DNA of 64,000 nucleotides from Giardia intestinalis (Eukaryota): NCBI GenBank assembly GCA_000002435.2, contig CM018793.1; one strand, 5' to 3'. Shown piece by piece: positions 51,101 to 64,000 of this stretch (position 1 is its first letter; each line of letters starts with the position of its first letter). The notes under the pieces were generated by a model. It saw only the letters and a program-made list of their open reading frames with translations, ran no database searches and was not told where the DNA came from. The position numbers and the translations under genes were made by a program.

Positions 51101-54100
51101 NNNNNNNNNNNNNNNNNNNNNNNNNNNNNNNNNNNNNNNNNNNNNNNNNNNNNNNNNNNNNNNNNNNNNNNNNNNNNNNNNNNNNNNNNNNNNNNNNNNN
51201 NNNNNNNNNNNNNNNNNNNNNNNNNNNNNNNNNNNNNNNNNNNNNNNNNNNNNNNNNNNNNNNNNNNNNNNNNNNNNNNNNNNNNNNNNNNNNNNNNNNN
51301 NNNNNNNNNNNNNNNNNNNNNNNNNNNNNNNNNNNNNNNNNNNNNNNNNNNNNNNNNNNNNNNNNNNNNNNNNNNNNNNNNNNNNNNNNNNNNNNNNNNN
51401 NNNNNNNNNNNNNNNNNNNNNNNNNNNNNNNNNNNNNNNNNNNNNNNNNNNNNNNNNNNNNNNNNNNNNNNNNNNNNNNNNNNNNNNNNNNNNNNNNNNN
51501 NNNNNNNNNNNNNNNNNNNNNNNNNNNNNNNNNNNNNNNNNNNNNNNNNNNNNNNNNNNNNNNNNNNNNNNNNNNNNNNNNNNNNNNNNNNNNNNNNNNN
51601 NNNNNNNNNNNNNNNNNNNNNNNNNNNNNNNNNNNNNNNNNNNNNNNNNNNNNNNNNNNNNNNNNNNNNNNNNNNNNNNNNNNNNNNNNNNNNNNNNNNN
51701 NNNNNNNNNNNNNNNNNNNNNNNNNNNNNNNNNNNNNNNNNNNNNNNNNNNNNNNNNNNNNNNNNNNNNNNNNNNNNNNNNNNNNNNNNNNNNNNNNNNN
51801 NNNNNNNNNNNNNNNNNNNNNNNNNNNNNNNNNNNNNNNNNNNNNNNNNNNNNNNNNNNNNNNNNNNNNNNNNNNNNNNNNNNNNNNNNNNNNNNNNNNN
51901 NNNNNNNNNNNNNNNNNNNNNNNNNNNNNNNNNNNNNNNNNNNNNNNNNNNNNNNNNNNNNNNNNNNNNNNNNNNNNNNNNNNNNNNNNNNNNNNNNNNN
52001 NNNNNNNNNNNNNNNNNNNNNNNNNNNNNNNNNNNNNNNNNNNNNNNNNNNNNNNNNNNNNNNNNNNNNNNNNNNNNNNNNNNNNNNNNNNNNNNNNNNN
52101 NNNNNNNNNNNNNNNNNNNNNNNNNNNNNNNNNNNNNNNNNNNNNNNNNNNNNNNNNNNNNNNNNNNNNNNNNNNNNNNNNNNNNNNNNNNNNNNNNNNN
52201 NNNNNNNNNNNNNNNNNNNNNNNNNNNNNNNNNNNNNNNNNNNNNNNNNNNNNNNNNNNNNNNNNNNNNNNNNNNNNNNNNNNNNNNNNNNNNNNNNNNN
52301 NNNNNNNNNNNNNNNNNNNNNNNNNNNNNNNNNNNNNNNNNNNNNNNNNNNNNNNNNNNNNNNNNNNNNNNNNNNNNNNNNNNNNNNNNNNNNNNNNNNN
52401 NNNNNNNNNNNNNNNNNNNNNNNNNNNNNNNNNNNNNNNNNNNNNNNNNNNNNNNNNNNNNNNNNNNNNNNNNNNNNNNNNNNNNNNNNNNNNNNNNNNN
52501 NNNNNNNNNNNNNNNNNNNNNNNNNNNNNNNNNNNNNNNNNNNNNNNNNNNNNNNNNNNNNNNNNNNNNNNNNNNNNNNNNNNNNNNNNNNNNNNNNNNN
52601 NNNNNNNNNNNNNNNNNNNNNNNNNNNNNNNNNNNNNNNNNNNNNNNNNNNNNNNNNNNNNNNNNNNNNNNNNNNNNNNNNNNNNNNNNNNNNNNNNNNN
52701 NNNNNNNNNNNNNNNNNNNNNNNNNNNNNNNNNNNNNNNNNNNNNNNNNNNNNNNNNNNNNNNNNNNNNNNNNNNNNNNNNNNNNNNNNNNNNNNNNNNN
52801 NNNNNNNNNNNNNNNNNNNNNNNNNNNNNNNNNNNNNNNNNNNNNNNNNNNNNNNNNNNNNNNNNNNNNNNNNNNNNNNNNNNNNNNNNNNNNNNNNNNN
52901 NNNNNNNNNNNNNNNNNNNNNNNNNNNNNNNNNNNNNNNNNNNNNNNNNNNNNNNNNNNNNNNNNNNNNNNNNNNNNNNNNNNNNNNNNNNNNNNNNNNN
53001 NNNNNNNNNNNNNNNNNNNNNNNNNNNNNNNNNNNNNNNNNNNNNNNNNNNNNNNNNNNNNNNNNNNNNNNNNNNNNNNNNNNNNNNNNNNNNNNNNNNN
53101 NNNNNNNNNNNNNNNNNNNNNNNNNNNNNNNNNNNNNNNNNNNNNNNNNNNNNNNNNNNNNNNNNNNNNNNNNNNNNNNNNNNNNNNNNNNNNNNNNNNN
53201 NNNNNNNNNNNNNNNNNNNNNNNNNNNNNNNNNNNNNNNNNNNNNNNNNNNNNNNNNNNNNNNNNNNNNNNNNNNNNNNNNNNNNNNNNNNNNNNNNNNN
53301 NNNNNNNNNNNNNNNNNNNNNNNNNNNNNNNNNNNNNNNNNNNNNNNNNNNNNNNNNNNNNNNNNNNNNNNNNNNNNNNNNNNNNNNNNNNNNNNNNNNN
53401 NNNNNNNNNNNNNNNNNNNNNNNNNNNNNNNNNNNNNNNNNNNNNNNNNNNNNNNNNNNNNNNNNNNNNNNNNNNNNNNNNNNNNNNNNNNNNNNNNNNN
53501 NNNNNNNNNNNNNNNNNNNNNNNNNNNNNNNNNNNNNNNNNNNNNNNNNNNNNNNNNNNNNNNNNNNNNNNNNNNNNNNNNNNNNNNNNNNNNNNNNNNN
53601 NNNNNNNNNNNNNNNNNNNNNNNNNNNNNNNNNNNNNNNNNNNNNNNNNNNNNNNNNNNNNNNNNNNNNNNNNNNNNNNNNNNNNNNNNNNNNNNNNNNN
53701 NNNNNNNNNNNNNNNNNNNNNNNNNNNNNNNNNNNNNNNNNNNNNNNNNNNNNNNNNNNNNNNNNNNNNNNNNNNNNNNNNNNNNNNNNNNNNNNNNNNN
53801 NNNNNNNNNNNNNNNNNNNNNNNNNNNNNNNNNNNNNNNNNNNNNNNNNNNNNNNNNNNNNNNNNNNNNNNNNNNNNNNNNNNNNNNNNNNNNNNNNNNN
53901 NNNNNNNNNNNNNNNNNNNNNNNNNNNNNNNNNNNNNNNNNNNNNNNNNNNNNNNNNNNNNNNNNNNNNNNNNNNNNNNNNNNNNNNNNNNNNNNNNNNN
54001 NNNNNNNNNNNNNNNNNNNNNNNNNNNNNNNNNNNNNNNNNNNNNNNNNNNNNNNNNNNNNNNNNNNNNNNNNNNNNNNNNNNNNNNNNNNNNNNNNNNN

Positions 54101-57100
54101 NNNNNNNNNNNNNNNNNNNNNNNNNNNNNNNNNNNNNNNNNNNNNNNNNNNNNNNNNNNNNNNNNNNNNNNNNNNNNNNNNNNNNNNNNNNNNNNNNNNN
54201 NNNNNNNNNNNNNNNNNNNNNNNNNNNNNNNNNNNNNNNNNNNNNNNNNNNNNNNNNNNNNNNNNNNNNNNNNNNNNNNNNNNNNNNNNNNNNNNNNNNN
54301 NNNNNNNNNNNNNNNNNNNNNNNNNNNNNNNNNNNNNNNNNNNNNNNNNNNNNNNNNNNNNNNNNNNNNNNNNNNNNNNNNNNNNNNNNNNNNNNNNNNN
54401 NNNNNNNNNNNNNNNNNNNNNNNNNNNNNNNNNNNNNNNNNNNNNNNNNNNNNNNNNNNNNNNNNNNNNNNNNNNNNNNNNNNNNNNNNNNNNNNNNNNN
54501 NNNNNNNNNNNNNNNNNNNNNNNNNNNNNNNNNNNNNNNNNNNNNNNNNNNNNNNNNNNNNNNNNNNNNNNNNNNNNNNNNNNNNNNNNNNNNNNNNNNN
54601 NNNNNNNNNNNNNNNNNNNNNNNNNNNNNNNNNNNNNNNNNNNNNNNNNNNNNNNNNNNNNNNNNNNNNNNNNNNNNNNNNNNNNNNNNNNNNNNNNNNN
54701 NNNNNNNNNNNNNNNNNNNNNNNNNNNNNNNNNNNNNNNNNNNNNNNNNNNNNNNNNNNNNNNNNNNNNNNNNNNNNNNNNNNNNNNNNNNNNNNNNNNN
54801 NNNNNNNNNNNNNNNNNNNNNNNNNNNNNNNNNNNNNNNNNNNNNNNNNNNNNNNNNNNNNNNNNNNNNNNNNNNNNNNNNNNNNNNNNNNNNNNNNNNN
54901 NNNNNNNNNNNNNNNNNNNNNNNNNNNNNNNNNNNNNNNNNNNNNNNNNNNNNNNNNNNNNNNNNNNNNNNNNNNNNNNNNNNNNNNNNNNNNNNNNNNN
55001 NNNNNNNNNNNNNNNNNNNNNNNNNNNNNNNNNNNNNNNNNNNNNNNNNNNNNNNNNNNNNNNNNNNNNNNNNNNNNNNNNNNNNNNNNNNNNNNNNNNN
55101 NNNNNNNNNNNNNNNNNNNNNNNNNNNNNNNNNNNNNNNNNNNNNNNNNNNNNNNNNNNNNNNNNNNNNNNNNNNNNNNNNNNNNNNNNNNNNNNNNNNN
55201 NNNNNNNNNNNNNNNNNNNNNNNNNNNNNNNNNNNNNNNNNNNNNNNNNNNNNNNNNNNNNNNNNNNNNNNNNNNNNNNNNNNNNNNNNNNNNNNNNNNN
55301 NNNNNNNNNNNNNNNNNNNNNNNNNNNNNNNNNNNNNNNNNNNNNNNNNNNNNNNNNNNNNNNNNNNNNNNNNNNNNNNNNNNNNNNNNNNNNNNNNNNN
55401 NNNNNNNNNNNNNNNNNNNNNNNNNNNNNNNNNNNNNNNNNNNNNNNNNNNNNNNNNNNNNNNNNNNNNNNNNNNNNNNNNNNNNNNNNNNNNNNNNNNN
55501 NNNNNNNNNNNNNNNNNNNNNNNNNNNNNNNNNNNNNNNNNNNNNNNNNNNNNNNNNNNNNNNNNNNNNNNNNNNNNNNNNNNNNNNNNNNNNNNNNNNN
55601 NNNNNNNNNNNNNNNNNNNNNNNNNNNNNNNNNNNNNNNNNNNNNNNNNNNNNNNNNNNNNNNNNNNNNNNNNNNNNNNNNNNNNNNNNNNNNNNNNNNN
55701 NNNNNNNNNNNNNNNNNNNNNNNNNNNNNNNNNNNNNNNNNNNNNNNNNNNNNNNNNNNNNNNNNNNNNNNNNNNNNNNNNNNNNNNNNNNNNNNNNNNN
55801 NNNNNNNNNNNNNNNNNNNNNNNNNNNNNNNNNNNNNNNNNNNNNNNNNNNNNNNNNNNNNNNNNNNNNNNNNNNNNNNNNNNNNNNNNNNNNNNNNNNN
55901 NNNNNNNNNNNNNNNNNNNNNNNNNNNNNNNNNNNNNNNNNNNNNNNNNNNNNNNNNNNNNNNNNNNNNNNNNNNNNNNNNNNNNNNNNNNNNNNNNNNN
56001 NNNNNNNNNNNNNNNNNNNNNNNNNNNNNNNNNNNNNNNNNNNNNNNNNNNNNNNNNNNNNNNNNNNNNNNNNNNNNNNNNNNNNNNNNNNNNNNNNNNN
56101 NNNNNNNNNNNNNNNNNNNNNNNNNNNNNNNNNNNNNNNNNNNNNNNNNNNNNNNNNNNNNNNNNNNNNNNNNNNNNNNNNNNNNNNNNNNNNNNNNNNN
56201 NNNNNNNNNNNNNNNNNNNNNNNNNNNNNNNNNNNNNNNNNNNNNNNNNNNNNNNNNNNNNNNNNNNNNNNNNNNNNNNNNNNNNNNNNNNNNNNNNNNN
56301 NNNNNNNNNNNNNNNNNNNNNNNNNNNNNNNNNNNNNNNNNNNNNNNNNNNNNNNNNNNNNNNNNNNNNNNNNNNNNNNNNNNNNNNNNNNNNNNNNNNN
56401 NNNNNNNNNNNNNNNNNNNNNNNNNNNNNNNNNNNNNNNNNNNNNNNNNNNNNNNNNNNNNNNNNNNNNNNNNNNNNNNNNNNNNNNNNNNNNNNNNNNN
56501 NNNNNNNNNNNNNNNNNNNNNNNNNNNNNNNNNNNNNNNNNNNNNNNNNNNNNNNNNNNNNNNNNNNNNNNNNNNNNNNNNNNNNNNNNNNNNNNNNNNN
56601 NNNNNNNNNNNNNNNNNNNNNNNNNNNNNNNNNNNNNNNNNNNNNNNNNNNNNNNNNNNNNNNNNNNNNNNNNNNNNNNNNNNNNNNNNNNNNNNNNNNN
56701 NNNNNNNNNNNNNNNNNNNNNNNNNNNNNNNNNNNNNNNNNNNNNNNNNNNNNNNNNNNNNNNNNNNNNNNNNNNNNNNNNNNNNNNNNNNNNNNNNNNN
56801 NNNNNNNNNNNNNNNNNNNNNNNNNNNNNNNNNNNNNNNNNNNNNNNNNNNNNNNNNNNNNNNNNNNNNNNNNNNNNNNNNNNNNNNNNNNNNNNNNNNN
56901 NNNNNNNNNNNNNNNNNNNNNNNNNNNNNNNNNNNNNNNNNNNNNNNNNNNNNNNNNNNNNNNNNNNNNNNNNNNNNNNNNNNNNNNNNNNNNNNNNNNN
57001 NNNNNNNNNNNNNNNNNNNNNNNNNNNNNNNNNNNNNNNNNNNNNNNNNNNNNNNNNNNNNNNNNNNNNNNNNNNNNNNNNNNNNNNNNNNNNNNNNNNN

Positions 57101-60100
57101 NNNNNNNNNNNNNNNNNNNNNNNNNNNNNNNNNNNNNNNNNNNNNNNNNNNNNNNNNNNNNNNNNNNNNNNNNNNNNNNNNNNNNNNNNNNNNNNNNNNN
57201 NNNNNNNNNNNNNNNNNNNNNNNNNNNNNNNNNNNNNNNNNNNNNNNNNNNNNNNNNNNNNNNNNNNNNNNNNNNNNNNNNNNNNNNNNNNNNNNNNNNN
57301 NNNNNNNNNNNNNNNNNNNNNNNNNNNNNNNNNNNNNNNNNNNNNNNNNNNNNNNNNNNNNNNNNNNNNNNNNNNNNNNNNNNNNNNNNNNNNNNNNNNN
57401 NNNNNNNNNNNNNNNNNNNNNNNNNNNNNNNNNNNNNNNNNNNNNNNNNNNNNNNNNNNNNNNNNNNNNNNNNNNNNNNNNNNNNNNNNNNNNNNNNNNN
57501 NNNNNNNNNNNNNNNNNNNNNNNNNNNNNNNNNNNNNNNNNNNNNNNNNNNNNNNNNNNNNNNNNNNNNNNNNNNNNNNNNNNNNNNNNNNNNNNNNNNN
57601 NNNNNNNNNNNNNNNNNNNNNNNNNNNNNNNNNNNNNNNNNNNNNNNNNNNNNNNNNNNNNNNNNNNNNNNNNNNNNNNNNNNNNNNNNNNNNNNNNNNN
57701 NNNNNNNNNNNNNNNNNNNNNNNNNNNNNNNNNNNNNNNNNNNNNNNNNNNNNNNNNNNNNNNNNNNNNNNNNNNNNNNNNNNNNNNNNNNNNNNNNNNN
57801 NNNNNNNNNNNNNNNNNNNNNNNNNNNNNNNNNNNNNNNNNNNNNNNNNNNNNNNNNNNNNNNNNNNNNNNNNNNNNNNNNNNNNNNNNNNNNNNNNNNN
57901 NNNNNNNNNNNNNNNNNNNNNNNNNNNNNNNNNNNNNNNNNNNNNNNNNNNNNNNNNNNNNNNNNNNNNNNNNNNNNNNNNNNNNNNNNNNNNNNNNNNN
58001 NNNNNNNNNNNNNNNNNNNNNNNNNNNNNNNNNNNNNNNNNNNNNNNNNNNNNNNNNNNNNNNNNNNNNNNNNNNNNNNNNNNNNNNNNNNNNNNNNNNN
58101 NNNNNNNNNNNNNNNNNNNNNNNNNNNNNNNNNNNNNNNNNNNNNNNNNNNNNNNNNNNNNNNNNNNNNNNNNNNNNNNNNNNNNNNNNNNNNNNNNNNN
58201 NNNNNNNNNNNNNNNNNNNNNNNNNNNNNNNNNNNNNNNNNNNNNNNNNNNNNNNNNNNNNNNNNNNNNNNNNNNNNNNNNNNNNNNNNNNNNNNNNNNN
58301 NNNNNNNNNNNNNNNNNNNNNNNNNNNNNNNNNNNNNNNNNNNNNNNNNNNNNNNNNNNNNNNNNNNNNNNNNNNNNNNNNNNNNNNNNNNNNNNNNNNN
58401 NNNNNNNNNNNNNNNNNNNNNNNNNNNNNNNNNNNNNNNNNNNNNNNNNNNNNNNNNNNNNNNNNNNNNNNNNNNNNNNNNNNNNNNNNNNNNNNNNNNN
58501 NNNNNNNNNNNNNNNNNNNNNNNNNNNNNNNNNNNNNNNNNNNNNNNNNNNNNNNNNNNNNNNNNNNNNNNNNNNNNNNNNNNNNNNNNNNNNNNNNNNN
58601 NNNNNNNNNNNNNNNNNNNNNNNNNNNNNNNNNNNNNNNNNNNNNNNNNNNNNNNNNNNNNNNNNNNNNNNNNNNNNNNNNNNNNNNNNNNNNNNNNNNN
58701 NNNNNNNNNNNNNNNNNNNNNNNNNNNNNNNNNNNNNNNNNNNNNNNNNNNNNNNNNNNNNNNNNNNNNNNNNNNNNNNNNNNNNNNNNNNNNNNNNNNN
58801 NNNNNNNNNNNNNNNNNNNNNNNNNNNNNNNNNNNNNNNNNNNNNNNNNNNNNNNNNNNNNNNNNNNNNNNNNNNNNNNNNNNNNNNNNNNNNNNNNNNN
58901 NNNNNNNNNNNNNNNNNNNNNNNNNNNNNNNNNNNNNNNNNNNNNNNNNNNNNNNNNNNNNNNNNNNNNNNNNNNNNNNNNNNNNNNNNNNNNNNNNNNN
59001 NNNNNNNNNNNNNNNNNNNNNNNNNNNNNNNNNNNNNNNNNNNNNNNNNNNNNNNNNNNNNNNNNNNNNNNNNNNNNNNNNNNNNNNNNNNNNNNNNNNN
59101 NNNNNNNNNNNNNNNNNNNNNNNNNNNNNNNNNNNNNNNNNNNNNNNNNNNNNNNNNNNNNNNNNNNNNNNNNNNNNNNNNNNNNNNNNNNNNNNNNNNN
59201 NNNNNNNNNNNNNNNNNNNNNNNNNNNNNNNNNNNNNNNNNNNNNNNNNNNNNNNNNNNNNNNNNNNNNNNNNNNNNNNNNNNNNNNNNNNNNNNNNNNN
59301 NNNNNNNNNNNNNNNNNNNNNNNNNNNNNNNNNNNNNNNNNNNNNNNNNNNNNNNNNNNNNNNNNNNNNNNNNNNNNNNNNNNNNNNNNNNNNNNNNNNN
59401 NNNNNNNNNNNNNNNNNNNNNNNNNNNNNNNNNNNNNNNNNNNNNNNNNNNNNNNNNNNNNNNNNNNNNNNNNNNNNNNNNNNNNNNNNNNNNNNNNNNN
59501 NNNNNNNNNNNNNNNNNNNNNNNNNNNNNNNNNNNNNNNNNNNNNNNNNNNNNNNNNNNNNNNNNNNNNNNNNNNNNNNNNNNNNNNNNNNNNNNNNNNN
59601 NNNNNNNNNNNNNNNNNNNNNNNNNNNNNNNNNNNNNNNNNNNNNNNNNNNNNNNNNNNNNNNNNNNNNNNNNNNNNNNNNNNNNNNNNNNNNNNNNNNN
59701 NNNNNNNNNNNNNNNNNNNNNNNNNNNNNNNNNNNNNNNNNNNNNNNNNNNNNNNNNNNNNNNNNNNNNNNNNNNNNNNNNNNNNNNNNNNNNNNNNNNN
59801 NNNNNNNNNNNNNNNNNNNNNNNNNNNNNNNNNNNNNNNNNNNNNNNNNNNNNNNNNNNNNNNNNNNNNNNNNNNNNNNNNNNNNNNNNNNNNNNNNNNN
59901 NNNNNNNNNNNNNNNNNNNNNNNNNNNNNNNNNNNNNNNNNNNNNNNNNNNNNNNNNNNNNNNNNNNNNNNNNNNNNNNNNNNNNNNNNNNNNNNNNNNN
60001 NNNNNNNNNNNNNNNNNNNNNNNNNNNNNNNNNNNNNNNNNNNNNNNNNNNNNNNNNNNNNNNNNNNNNNNNNNNNNNNNNNNNNNNNNNNNNNNNNNNN

Positions 60101-63100
60101 NNNNNNNNNNNNNNNNNNNNNNNNNNNNNNNNNNNNNNNNNNNNNNNNNNNNNNNNNNNNNNNNNNNNNNNNNNNNNNNNNNNNNNNNNNNNNNNNNNNN
60201 NNNNNNNNNNNNNNNNNNNNNNNNNNNNNNNNNNNNNNNNNNNNNNNNNNNNNNNNNNNNNNNNNNNNNNNNNNNNNNNNNNNNNNNNNNNNNNNNNNNN
60301 NNNNNNNNNNNNNNNNNNNNNNNNNNNNNNNNNNNNNNNNNNNNNNNNNNNNNNNNNNNNNNNNNNNNNNNNNNNNNNNNNNNNNNNNNNNNNNNNNNNN
60401 NNNNNNNNNNNNNNNNNNNNNNNNNNNNNNNNNNNNNNNNNNNNNNNNNNNNNNNNNNNNNNNNNNNNNNNNNNNNNNNNNNNNNNNNNNNNNNNNNNNN
60501 NNNNNNNNNNNNNNNNNNNNNNNNNNNNNNNNNNNNNNNNNNNNNNNNNNNNNNNNNNNNNNNNNNNNNNNNNNNNNNNNNNNNNNNNNNNNNNNNNNNN
60601 NNNNNNNNNNNNNNNNNNNNNNNNNNNNNNNNNNNNNNNNNNNNNNNNNNNNNNNNNNNNNNNNNNNNNNNNNNNNNNNNNNNNNNNNNNNNNNNNNNNN
60701 NNNNNNNNNNNNNNNNNNNNNNNNNNNNNNNNNNNNNNNNNNNNNNNNNNNNNNNNNNNNNNNNNNNNNNNNNNNNNNNNNNNNNNNNNNNNNNNNNNNN
60801 NNNNNNNNNNNNNNNNNNNNNNNNNNNNNNNNNNNNNNNNNNNNNNNNNNNNNNNNNNNNNNNNNNNNNNNNNNNNNNNNNNNNNNNNNNNNNNNNNNNN
60901 NNNNNNNNNNNNNNNNNNNNNNNNNNNNNNNNNNNNNNNNNNNNNNNNNNNNNNNNNNNNNNNNNNNNNNNNNNNNNNNNNNNNNNNNNNNNNNNNNNNN
61001 NNNNNNNNNNNNNNNNNNNNNNNNNNNNNNNNNNNNNNNNNNNNNNNNNNNNNNNNNNNNNNNNNNNNNNNNNNNNNNNNNNNNNNNNNNNNNNNNNNNN
61101 NNNNNNNNNNNNNNNNNNNNNNNNNNNNNNNNNNNNNNNNNNNNNNNNNNNNNNNNNNNNNNNNNNNNNNNNNNNNNNNNNNNNNNNNNNNNNNNNNNNN
61201 NNNNNNNNNNNNNNNNNNNNNNNNNNNNNNNNNNNNNNNNNNNNNNNNNNNNNNNNNNNNNNNNNNNNNNNNNNNNNNNNNNNNNNNNNNNNNNNNNNNN
61301 NNNNNNNNNNNNNNNNNNNNNNNNNNNNNNNNNNNNNNNNNNNNNNNNNNNNNNNNNNNNNNNNNNNNNNNNNNNNNNNNNNNNNNNNNNNNNNNNNNNN
61401 NNNNNNNNNNNNNNNNNNNNNNNNNNNNNNNNNNNNNNNNNNNNNNNNNNNNNNNNNNNNNNNNNNNNNNNNNNNNNNNNNNNNNNNNNNNNNNNNNNNN
61501 NNNNNNNNNNNNNNNNNNNNNNNNNNNNNNNNNNNNNNNNNNNNNNNNNNNNNNNNNNNNNNNNNNNNNNNNNNNNNNNNNNNNNNNNNNNNNNNNNNNN
61601 NNNNNNNNNNNNNNNNNNNNNNNNNNNNNNNNNNNNNNNNNNNNNNNNNNNNNNNNNNNNNNNNNNNNNNNNNNNNNNNNNNNNNNNNNNNNNNNNNNNN
61701 NNNNNNNNNNNNNNNNNNNNNNNNNNNNNNNNNNNNNNNNNNNNNNNNNNNNNNNNNNNNNNNNNNNNNNNNNNNNNNNNNNNNNNNNNNNNNNNNNNNN
61801 NNNNNNNNNNNNNNNNNNNNNNNNNNNNNNNNNNNNNNNNNNNNNNNNNNNNNNNNNNNNNNNNNNNNNNNNNNNNNNNNNNNNNNNNNNNNNNNNNNNN
61901 NNNNNNNNNNNNNNNNNNNNNNNNNNNNNNNNNNNNNNNNNNNNNNNNNNNNNNNNNNNNNNNNNNNNNNNNNNNNNNNNNNNNNNNNNNNNNNNNNNNN
62001 NNNNNNNNNNNNNNNNNNNNNNNNNNNNNNNNNNNNNNNNNNNNNNNNNNNNNNNNNNNNNNNNNNNNNNNNNNNNNNNNNNNNNNNNNNNNNNNNNNNN
62101 NNNNNNNNNNNNNNNNNNNNNNNNNNNNNNNNNNNNNNNNNNNNNNNNNNNNNNNNNNNNNNNNNNNNNNNNNNNNNNNNNNNNNNNNNNNNNNNNNNNN
62201 NNNNNNNNNNNNNNNNNNNNNNNNNNNNNNNNNNNNNNNNNNNNNNNNNNNNNNNNNNNNNNNNNNNNNNNNNNNNNNNNNNNNNNNNNNNNNNNNNNNN
62301 NNNNNNNNNNNNNNNNNNNNNNNNNNNNNNNNNNNNNNNNNNNNNNNNNNNNNNNNNNNNNNNNNNNNNNNNNNNNNNNNNNNNNNNNNNNNNNNNNNNN
62401 NNNNNNNNNNNNNNNNNNNNNNNNNNNNNNNNNNNNNNNNNNNNNNNNNNNNNNNNNNNNNNNNNNNNNNNNNNNNNNNNNNNNNNNNNNNNNNNNNNNN
62501 NNNNNNNNNNNNNNNNNNNNNNNNNNNNNNNNNNNNNNNNNNNNNNNNNNNNNNNNNNNNNNNNNNNNNNNNNNNNNNNNNNNNNNNNNNNNNNNNNNNN
62601 NNNNNNNNNNNNNNNNNNNNNNNNNNNNNNNNNNNNNNNNNNNNNNNNNNNNNNNNNNNNNNNNNNNNNNNNNNNNNNNNNNNNNNNNNNNNNNNNNNNN
62701 NNNNNNNNNNNNNNNNNNNNNNNNNNNNNNNNNNNNNNNNNNNNNNNNNNNNNNNNNNNNNNNNNNNNNNNNNNNNNNNNNNNNNNNNNNNNNNNNNNNN
62801 NNNNNNNNNNNNNNNNNNNNNNNNNNNNNNNNNNNNNNNNNNNNNNNNNNNNNNNNNNNNNNNNNNNNNNNNNNNNNNNNNNNNNNNNNNNNNNNNNNNN
62901 NNNNNNNNNNNNNNNNNNNNNNNNNNNNNNNNNNNNNNNNNNNNNNNNNNNNNNNNNNNNNNNNNNNNNNNNNNNNNNNNNNNNNNNNNNNNNNNNNNNN
63001 NNNNNNNNNNNNNNNNNNNNNNNNNNNNNNNNNNNNNNNNNNNNNNNNNNNNNNNNNNNNNNNNNNNNNNNNNNNNNNNNNNNNNNNNNNNNNNNNNNNN

Positions 63101-64000
63101 NNNNNNNNNNNNNNNNNNNNNNNNNNNNNNNNNNNNNNNNNNNNNNNNNNNNNNNNNNNNNNNNNNNNNNNNNNNNNNNNNNNNNNNNNNNNNNNNNNNN
63201 NNNNNNNNNNNNNNNNNNNNNNNNNNNNNNNNNNNNNNNNNNNNNNNNNNNNNNNNNNNNNNNNNNNNNNNNNNNNNNNNNNNNNNNNNNNNNNNNNNNN
63301 NNNNNNNNNNNNNNNNNNNNNNNNNNNNNNNNNNNNNNNNNNNNNNNNNNNNNNNNNNNNNNNNNNNNNNNNNNNNNNNNNNNNNNNNNNNNNNNNNNNN
63401 NNNNNNNNNNNNNNNNNNNNNNNNNNNNNNNNNNNNNNNNNNNNNNNNNNNNNNNNNNNNNNNNNNNNNNNNNNNNNNNNNNNNNNNNNNNNNNNNNNNN
63501 NNNNNNNNNNNNNNNNNNNNNNNNNNNNNNNNNNNNNNNNNNNNNNNNNNNNNNNNNNNNNNNNNNNNNNNNNNNNNNNNNNNNNNNNNNNNNNNNNNNN
63601 NNNNNNNNNNNNNNNNNNNNNNNNNNNNNNNNNNNNNNNNNNNNNNNNNNNNNNNNNNNNNNNNNNNNNNNNNNNNNNNNNNNNNNNNNNNNNNNNNNNN
63701 NNNNNNNNNNNNNNNNNNNNNNNNNNNNNNNNNNNNNNNNNNNNNNNNNNNNNNNNNNNNNNNNNNNNNNNNNNNNNNNNNNNNNNNNNNNNNNNNNNNN
63801 NNNNNNNNNNNNNNNNNNNNNNNNNNNNNNNNNNNNNNNNNNNNNNNNNNNNNNNNNNNNNNNNNNNNNNNNNNNNNNNNNNNNNNNNNNNNNNNNNNNN
63901 NNNNNNNNNNNNNNNNNNNNNNNNNNNNNNNNNNNNNNNNNNNNNNNNNNNNNNNNNNNNNNNNNNNNNNNNNNNNNNNNNNNNNNNNNNNNNNNNNNNN
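33196..64000. other. assembly gap (30,805 N)
   Basis: Uninterrupted N from 33196 to the window end. Real sequence stops inside VSP unit U14. Confidence 0.99.

Noticed and set aside
33196-64000. N run as a biological low-complexity region
   Set aside because: Literal Ns, therefore an assembly gap.

Overview
The sequenced part of this window (1..33195) is a single head-to-tail array of at least 15 cysteine-rich surface-protein units, all on the minus strand. Positions 33196..64000 are one run of N, which I read as an assembly gap and not as biology. Every unit ends in a membrane anchor plus the invariant tail ...[32 protein letters not shown](V/I)CRGKA* and has one FLYMGGCY motif, a KHYCSYCG motif and dozens of CXXC pairs. 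The stop codon TGA overlaps an extended polyadenylation motif, ACT(T/C)(G/A)GGTAGTGAAT on the coding strand. I recognise this combination as the Giardia variant-specific surface protein (VSP) family and its ACTYAGRTAGTRAAY 3' signal. Species or assemblage cannot be assigned from sequence alone. The units come in two size classes, short (~577-620 aa) and long (~1017-1023 aa), and are separated by spacers of only 49-72 bp. Those spacers hold the upstream unit's poly(A) signal plus a variable number of degenerate CTATCAC heptamers (GTGATAG on the coding strand). Three things stand out:
1. No unit has an ATG start or a signal peptide. Each body opens 2-4 codons after a conserved in-frame stop, as (TAG)-W-S-(E/V)-I-C-T-K-A..., which is already inside the Cys-rich ectodomain.
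2. The units are sharp-edged patchworks of a small set of modules shared at near 100% identity. A ~1.45-kb constant 3' block is present in six units, a GC-rich block in two, and 5'/middle blocks are swapped between units.
3. Four units (U8, U11, U12, U13) are broken by single-base homopolymer deletions and one microhomology-mediated internal deletion, and all four lie in the half of the array nearest the gap.
The array therefore looks like a store of promoter-less, headless VSP cassettes being homogenised by gene conversion. An unequal-crossover array whose only head lies in or beyond the gap would produce the same picture. Plus-strand ORFs in the six-frame track are antisense artefacts of the Cys-codon-rich coding strand. 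The track's leading M residues are GTG codons, not real starts.
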